From: Acidobacteriota bacterium
GTDB taxonomy: Bacteria > Acidobacteriota > UBA890 > WLXD01
Reading direction: 5' to 3'
Assembly: GCA_963666055.2 (NCBI GenBank)
Contig: CAXWPH010000011.1
Location: forward strand, 32,001-96,000
DNA: 64,000 nt
How positions within the stretch are numbered: position 1 is the stretch's first letter; each line of letters begins with the position of its first letter. Both the position numbers and the translations under genes were made by a program. This document shows positions 60,331 to 64,000 of the stretch, piece after piece. The notes under the pieces were generated by a model. The model did no database searches. It was not told where the DNA came from and was given only the letters and a program-made list of their open reading frames with translations.

Positions 60331-60917
60331 TGCTCCACCTGCCGCTGAAGCCCGACGAGCGACACACGCAGCTTCTGCATCGCCGCACGCAGGCGCGACT
60401 TCACTGTACCGAGCGGCTCATCGAGGTGCGCCGCGATCTCGCTCTGCGTCATGCCTCGGTAGTAGGCCAACACCACCGCCTCCCGTTGCTCCGACGAGAG
60501 CTCCGCCAGCGACAAGGTGACCAGCTCGCGGCGCTCAGCGTGGGCAACGTGTTCCTCTGGGCCCGCCGGTACCCAGCCCATGGGCTCGGGTGCGCTACCG
60601 GCAGCCTCAAGCGCACGCAGCCGACGTCGGCGGGCGCGGTGTAGATCCAACGCGCGGCTGCGAACGATGGTGTGAAGCCATGCACCCACGCCGCTACGAC
60701 CGGGTTCGAAGCGCTCCGATTGCTTCCACACCTGAGCGAACGCGCGCGCCACGGCGTCCTCTGCATCCTGGTGGTCGCGCAGGATGCCGAACGCAATCGA
60801 GTAGGCGCTGGTGCTGTACAGATCGTAGACGCGGCCCAACGCCTGGTCGTCACCCTGACCCGCGCGCACCACCAGCTCCGTGTCTGACAGGCTCTCGAGG
60901 TCCGCTGGGTGCCCCAT
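60327..60917 (-). CDS. ECF sigma factor (SigK-like)
   Basis: DAEDAV, AWLHTIVRSRALD, LAYYRGMTQSEIA, PLGTVKSRLR. ATGA overlap with the anti-sigma gene. Confidence 0.92.
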   Translation of the reverse strand: MGHPADLESLSDTELVVRAGQGDDQALGRVYDLYSTSAYSIAFGILRDHQDAEDAVARAFAQVWKQSERFEPGRSGVGAWLHTIVRSRALDLHRARRRRLRALEAAGSAPEPMGWVPAGPEEHVAHAERRELVTLSLAELSSEQREAVVLAYYRGMTQSEIAAHLDEPLGTVKSRLRAAMQKLRVSLVGLQRQVEQ

Positions 60918-61026
60918 GGTCAGTGCTCGTGCTCGCCTTGCAATCGTTTGCAACGCTAGGATCGCACGAATCGAGCTGTAGCAGCCTGGATGGTCCGATA
61001 GCGGCGATCTCCTCCTTACTTGCTGA

Positions 61027-61053
61027 TACGTCGCGGCGCGGAAAGCGGATTAC
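61027..61053 (-). promoter_or_regulatory. Autoregulatory ECF promoter
   Basis: GTAATCC-GCTTTCCGCGCCGCGA-CGTA (ATCC-N16-CGTA). Confidence 0.7.
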
Positions 61054-61069
61054 CGAAGCGCTAGAAGGC

Positions 61070-62902
61070 TCAGCGCAAACGCGACGCGATCAACGCATCG
61101 ATCTCGCGAGTCGCCTGGTGCAACGCTGCCTGCAGCCGGTTCCGCTCTCGTACGAGATCGACGAGCAGGAACCCGTAACGGCGGCTGTCGACTTCGAGCG
61201 AACCGAGCTCACGCACGGGTATCAGCCCCGGAAGCGCGCCCACGTTCAATGCCGGATCAGGGTGAAAAGGTCCGGATCGCGTGTGGATTACTCGGTGTAG
61301 CGGGCGCATGATGCGGACCAGCGCTCGATCGATGTCCACTCTCTGAAACCAGCGCCGTGCTCGCCACGGCATCAGCGCAATCTCCTCGATCCGTGTCGCC
61401 AGCACCGTGGCGCGCTCGCTCAAGGTGCGAGCGTCGTCGACGGACTGCGAGAGGTCGAATTCCATACCGGCAGTTTCCTGGAGCTCGACGAGCTGCGCCA
61501 CCAGCGCCGTGGTCTCGGCCTCGATGTCGAACGGGGGAACCTCGTCGGCAAGAAGTCGCGCCAACGCCACGGCGTACAGCTCCGTATCGAGCTCCAGAAT
61601 GTCCAGGTCGATCTTGTCGATGGTGTCTTCAGCGGTATGCCACCACCAGTAGCCGCCATCTTCGGCCGACCGCGAGTGCCCGAACTGTAACTGTGGCAAG
61701 CCGATCCCGTTGAACGCTTGATCGGAATCCCTTCCAGGTAGAGCGACCGTCGGCTCGCTCTGAGTGAGCTCGTCCACCATCTCGCTACCGAGGCCGGCGA
61801 GCGACATGCTGGCCCTGACGGAAAAACGCTGCGCGTCGATCTGCCCGATGCCGTCGATGTTCATATAGGCGATGCCGCGTGCGGTCAGCTCCTCGAAAAA
61901 CTGGTCCGCGAACCAGGTTGACCCAGCATACCGACCGTTGCTGTGACCCGGCCACCAGGCCACCACCAAACCCCGACGCAAGCTGGCTCGCTCCGCCCAG
62001 AACGCGCGTGCAAGCTCCACCATGGCAGCATTCGACGCCCCCTCATCGGTGGCACCGTAAAACCAGGAGTCGATATGGCCGCCCAGCAAGACATAGGGCG
62101 CGTCCTCGATCTCGGGCGGGTCGATGCGCGCTACCACGAGTCGCAGCTCCTTCCACCCGGTGTCGGTGGTCACATCGAGACGCAGGGTAGCGCCACTGCT
62201 TGCCAGCTCCCTGAGGCGCTCGCCATCGGACGCCCGCACCTGCGCCACCGGAAGACTGGGGACACGGTGCGCAGATCGCCGGGAGGGGGTTCCCCAGACG
62301 GTAGTCGTAATGAGCTCGTTGAGGCGCTCCCGCGGGTTGATGAACACGGCCCCGGCAGCACCCATTTTCTCCAGCACCCAGGCCGCCTCGGGCATGGGTA
62401 ATCCCTCGACGAGAGCGATCTTCCCACCTAGATCGGCGCCGCCATGGGCCTCGAGCTCGAGGATCTCACCGCTTGTCAGATCGATGCGGGGTAGATCGTC
62501 TACTCCCCCGACATCGACCCCGACACCTTCCAACCCGTCTACCGAACCGGAGTAAGCCGCCGTGATCGCGTCGGGCGCGAAGCTCACCGAGGGAACGCTT
62601 ACCGAGGCCGAGACAGGATCGCTGACGTACGCCCAGAACGCGTGGATCTCGGCCGGGATTCCCGCGCCGCGGAGCGTTTCGACTATGTGATCGATGGCGG
62701 CGTTCTCGCCGAGGCTGCCTGAGGGTCGTGGGTGGACGACGATGGCGTTGACCTGGGCGCGCAGCCCGGCTGTATCAATGCGATCGCGCAAACGGGTTGC
62801 CAGCTCAGCCGCCGTATCGTCCTGGCCGTAGGCACCACCAACGGCGAGAAAAGCCGCGAGTCCTACGGCGCAGAGATTAGGAGTCGTTCGGCGAATTCGC
62901 AC
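61070..62902 (-). CDS. M28 family peptidase with PA domain, secreted
   Basis: GGHIDSW, GATD, WWPGHS, NIDG, WWWHTAEDT. Start inferred. Confidence 0.85.
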   Translation of the reverse strand: MRIRRTTPNLCAVGLAAFLAVGGAYGQDDTAAELATRLRDRIDTAGLRAQVNAIVVHPRPSGSLGENAAIDHIVETLRGAGIPAEIHAFWAYVSDPVSASVSVPSVSFAPDAITAAYSGSVDGLEGVGVDVGGVDDLPRIDLTSGEILELEAHGGADLGGKIALVEGLPMPEAAWVLEKMGAAGAVFINPRERLNELITTTVWGTPSRRSAHRVPSLPVAQVRASDGERLRELASSGATLRLDVTTDTGWKELRLVVARIDPPEIEDAPYVLLGGHIDSWFYGATDEGASNAAMVELARAFWAERASLRRGLVVAWWPGHSNGRYAGSTWFADQFFEELTARGIAYMNIDGIGQIDAQRFSVRASMSLAGLGSEMVDELTQSEPTVALPGRDSDQAFNGIGLPQLQFGHSRSAEDGGYWWWHTAEDTIDKIDLDILELDTELYAVALARLLADEVPPFDIEAETTALVAQLVELQETAGMEFDLSQSVDDARTLSERATVLATRIEEIALMPWRARRWFQRVDIDRALVRIMRPLHRVIHTRSGPFHPDPALNVGALPGLIPVRELGSLEVDSRRYGFLLVDLVRERNRLQAALHQATREIDALIASRLR

Positions 62903-62927
62903 ACTGCGTCTCCGGCTCGCCCAGAAA

Positions 62928-63860
62928 TCAGGGCGTGATGTCGGGGCGATACCCCGTAACGAATCCAAGGATCGGGGCAGCCGCCGTCATGTCTGCAGCC
63001 TCAAAGCGTACCGCGTGAGCATCGACGCGTTCGAACATCGGCAAGAACGCTAGTAGCTGGCTGGGCCGGTAGTTCTTGAACCGCACCGTCACGGTGACCG
63101 GTATTTCGACATGATATGGCTCCATCTCATCGATGCGACGCACGGCGCGCTCGACCGCCTCACGGATGACCGCCTGGCCGGCCGAGGGCGTCAGGGTGGT
63201 GGCCGAGTGGAACGAGTGCGCCCATTTCACGACCGCTGGCTCGAACCCATCCCCCAGCGTTGCCCGGGCCTCGGCGATCGTGGCGTCGTCGCCCGAGATG
63301 GCGATAATCGGCACGCCAAGATGACCGGCAATAGCAGCGTTCCAGACGGTCTCATTGGCCGAGCGACCGTTGATGCGCACATCAGCGAGCGTGGCGCTCG
63401 ACATGGTGTGGGCGCGGACCCCGTCGGAATTGGTCGTACCGGCGTGGTAGCCGATGAATATCGCTCCATCGAACGTGCTATCGAGCCCGTGCATCATGCC
63501 CAGCCGACGTGGCCACGAACGTACGATCTTGACGTCGTCGGGCAACTCGTCGATCAGCAGGTTCTGACCGTTGCCGTGCGAGTCGCTCACCAGGATCTCG
63601 ACGGCGCCGGCGGCGCGGGCACCGTCTATCGCCGCCAGCACCTCAGCAGTCATGAAACGGCGGAAGCGCTCGTACTCGAAGCCTCCCGTACCGAGTTGCT
63701 GCTCGCTAACCGCACCCGTCACACCTTCCAGATCGGCCGAGATGTAGATCTTCGTGCCCTGCGACCCGGCAACTGGAGCCGCCGTATGCGCCACCTCGGG
63801 AAGCAGCGCCAACAACACCGCTACAGTCCCGGCAACAACGAACCGTAGTCTCTCGTACAA
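62928..63860 (-). CDS. M55 family D-aminopeptidase (DppA-like) with signal peptide
   Basis: KIYISADLEG, SDSHG, GYHA, HTMS, SGDD. Confidence 0.92.
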   Translation of the reverse strand: MYERLRFVVAGTVAVLLALLPEVAHTAAPVAGSQGTKIYISADLEGVTGAVSEQQLGTGGFEYERFRRFMTAEVLAAIDGARAAGAVEILVSDSHGNGQNLLIDELPDDVKIVRSWPRRLGMMHGLDSTFDGAIFIGYHAGTTNSDGVRAHTMSSATLADVRINGRSANETVWNAAIAGHLGVPIIAISGDDATIAEARATLGDGFEPAVVKWAHSFHSATTLTPSAGQAVIREAVERAVRRIDEMEPYHVEIPVTVTVRFKNYRPSQLLAFLPMFERVDAHAVRFEAADMTAAAPILGFVTGYRPDITP

Positions 63861-63870
63861 ATGCACCTCC

Positions 63871-64000
63871 TCAAGTGGCAACAATCGCGTCGGCTTCGAT
63901 CTCCACCAACATGCGCGGGTCAATCAGTCCGCTGATCTCCATCATGCTCGTAGCCGGCAAGACGTCGCCGAAGAACTCGCTTGTCAATTCCCAGGCTGCG
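63871..64000 (-). CDS. RidA (YjgF/YER057c/UK114) family protein, 3' end only
   Basis: Minus-strand translation FFGDVLPATSMMEISGLIDPRMLVEIEADAIVAT*. Confidence 0.8.
   Translation of the reverse strand, partial: AAWELTSEFFGDVLPATSMMEISGLIDPRMLVEIEADAIVAT

Overview
High-GC (about 65% by eye) bacterial chromosomal segment. The gene families (tricorn protease, DUF5916, DUF4097 ECF module, MoxR/VWA cluster, many secreted peptidases) suggest an Acidobacteriota-like heterotroph; this is an inference. Main contents, in order: a lower-GC methylmalonate-semialdehyde dehydrogenase nested inside the remains of a high-GC homologue, next to a 178-bp MITE; secreted peptidases and hydrolases; a MerR/CarH-like regulator lacking the cobalamin-binding residues, with an 11-bp-phased operator facing a small acidic protein; a purine degradation cluster (xanthine dehydrogenase, PuuD without its cytochrome c domain, UraH, UraD, frameshifted AllB, Alc, and a DUF6986-like TIM-barrel enzyme); a sigma54 two-component module with a G14 tract facing an OmpA-family lipoprotein; LutB-CCG fusion and LutC; a Ycf46-like AAA ATPase; two ECF sigma/anti-sigma modules, one with twin promoters in front of DUF4331-TPR; a MoxR-DUF58-VWA operon; a lone HMG-CoA synthase; a DddW-like cupin; a sulfatase; and M28/M55 peptidases. 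A short CTAG-anchored intergenic repeat occurs about 7 times. No rRNA, tRNA, CRISPR array or intact transposase was seen. All calls come from reading motifs by eye; no database searches were run.
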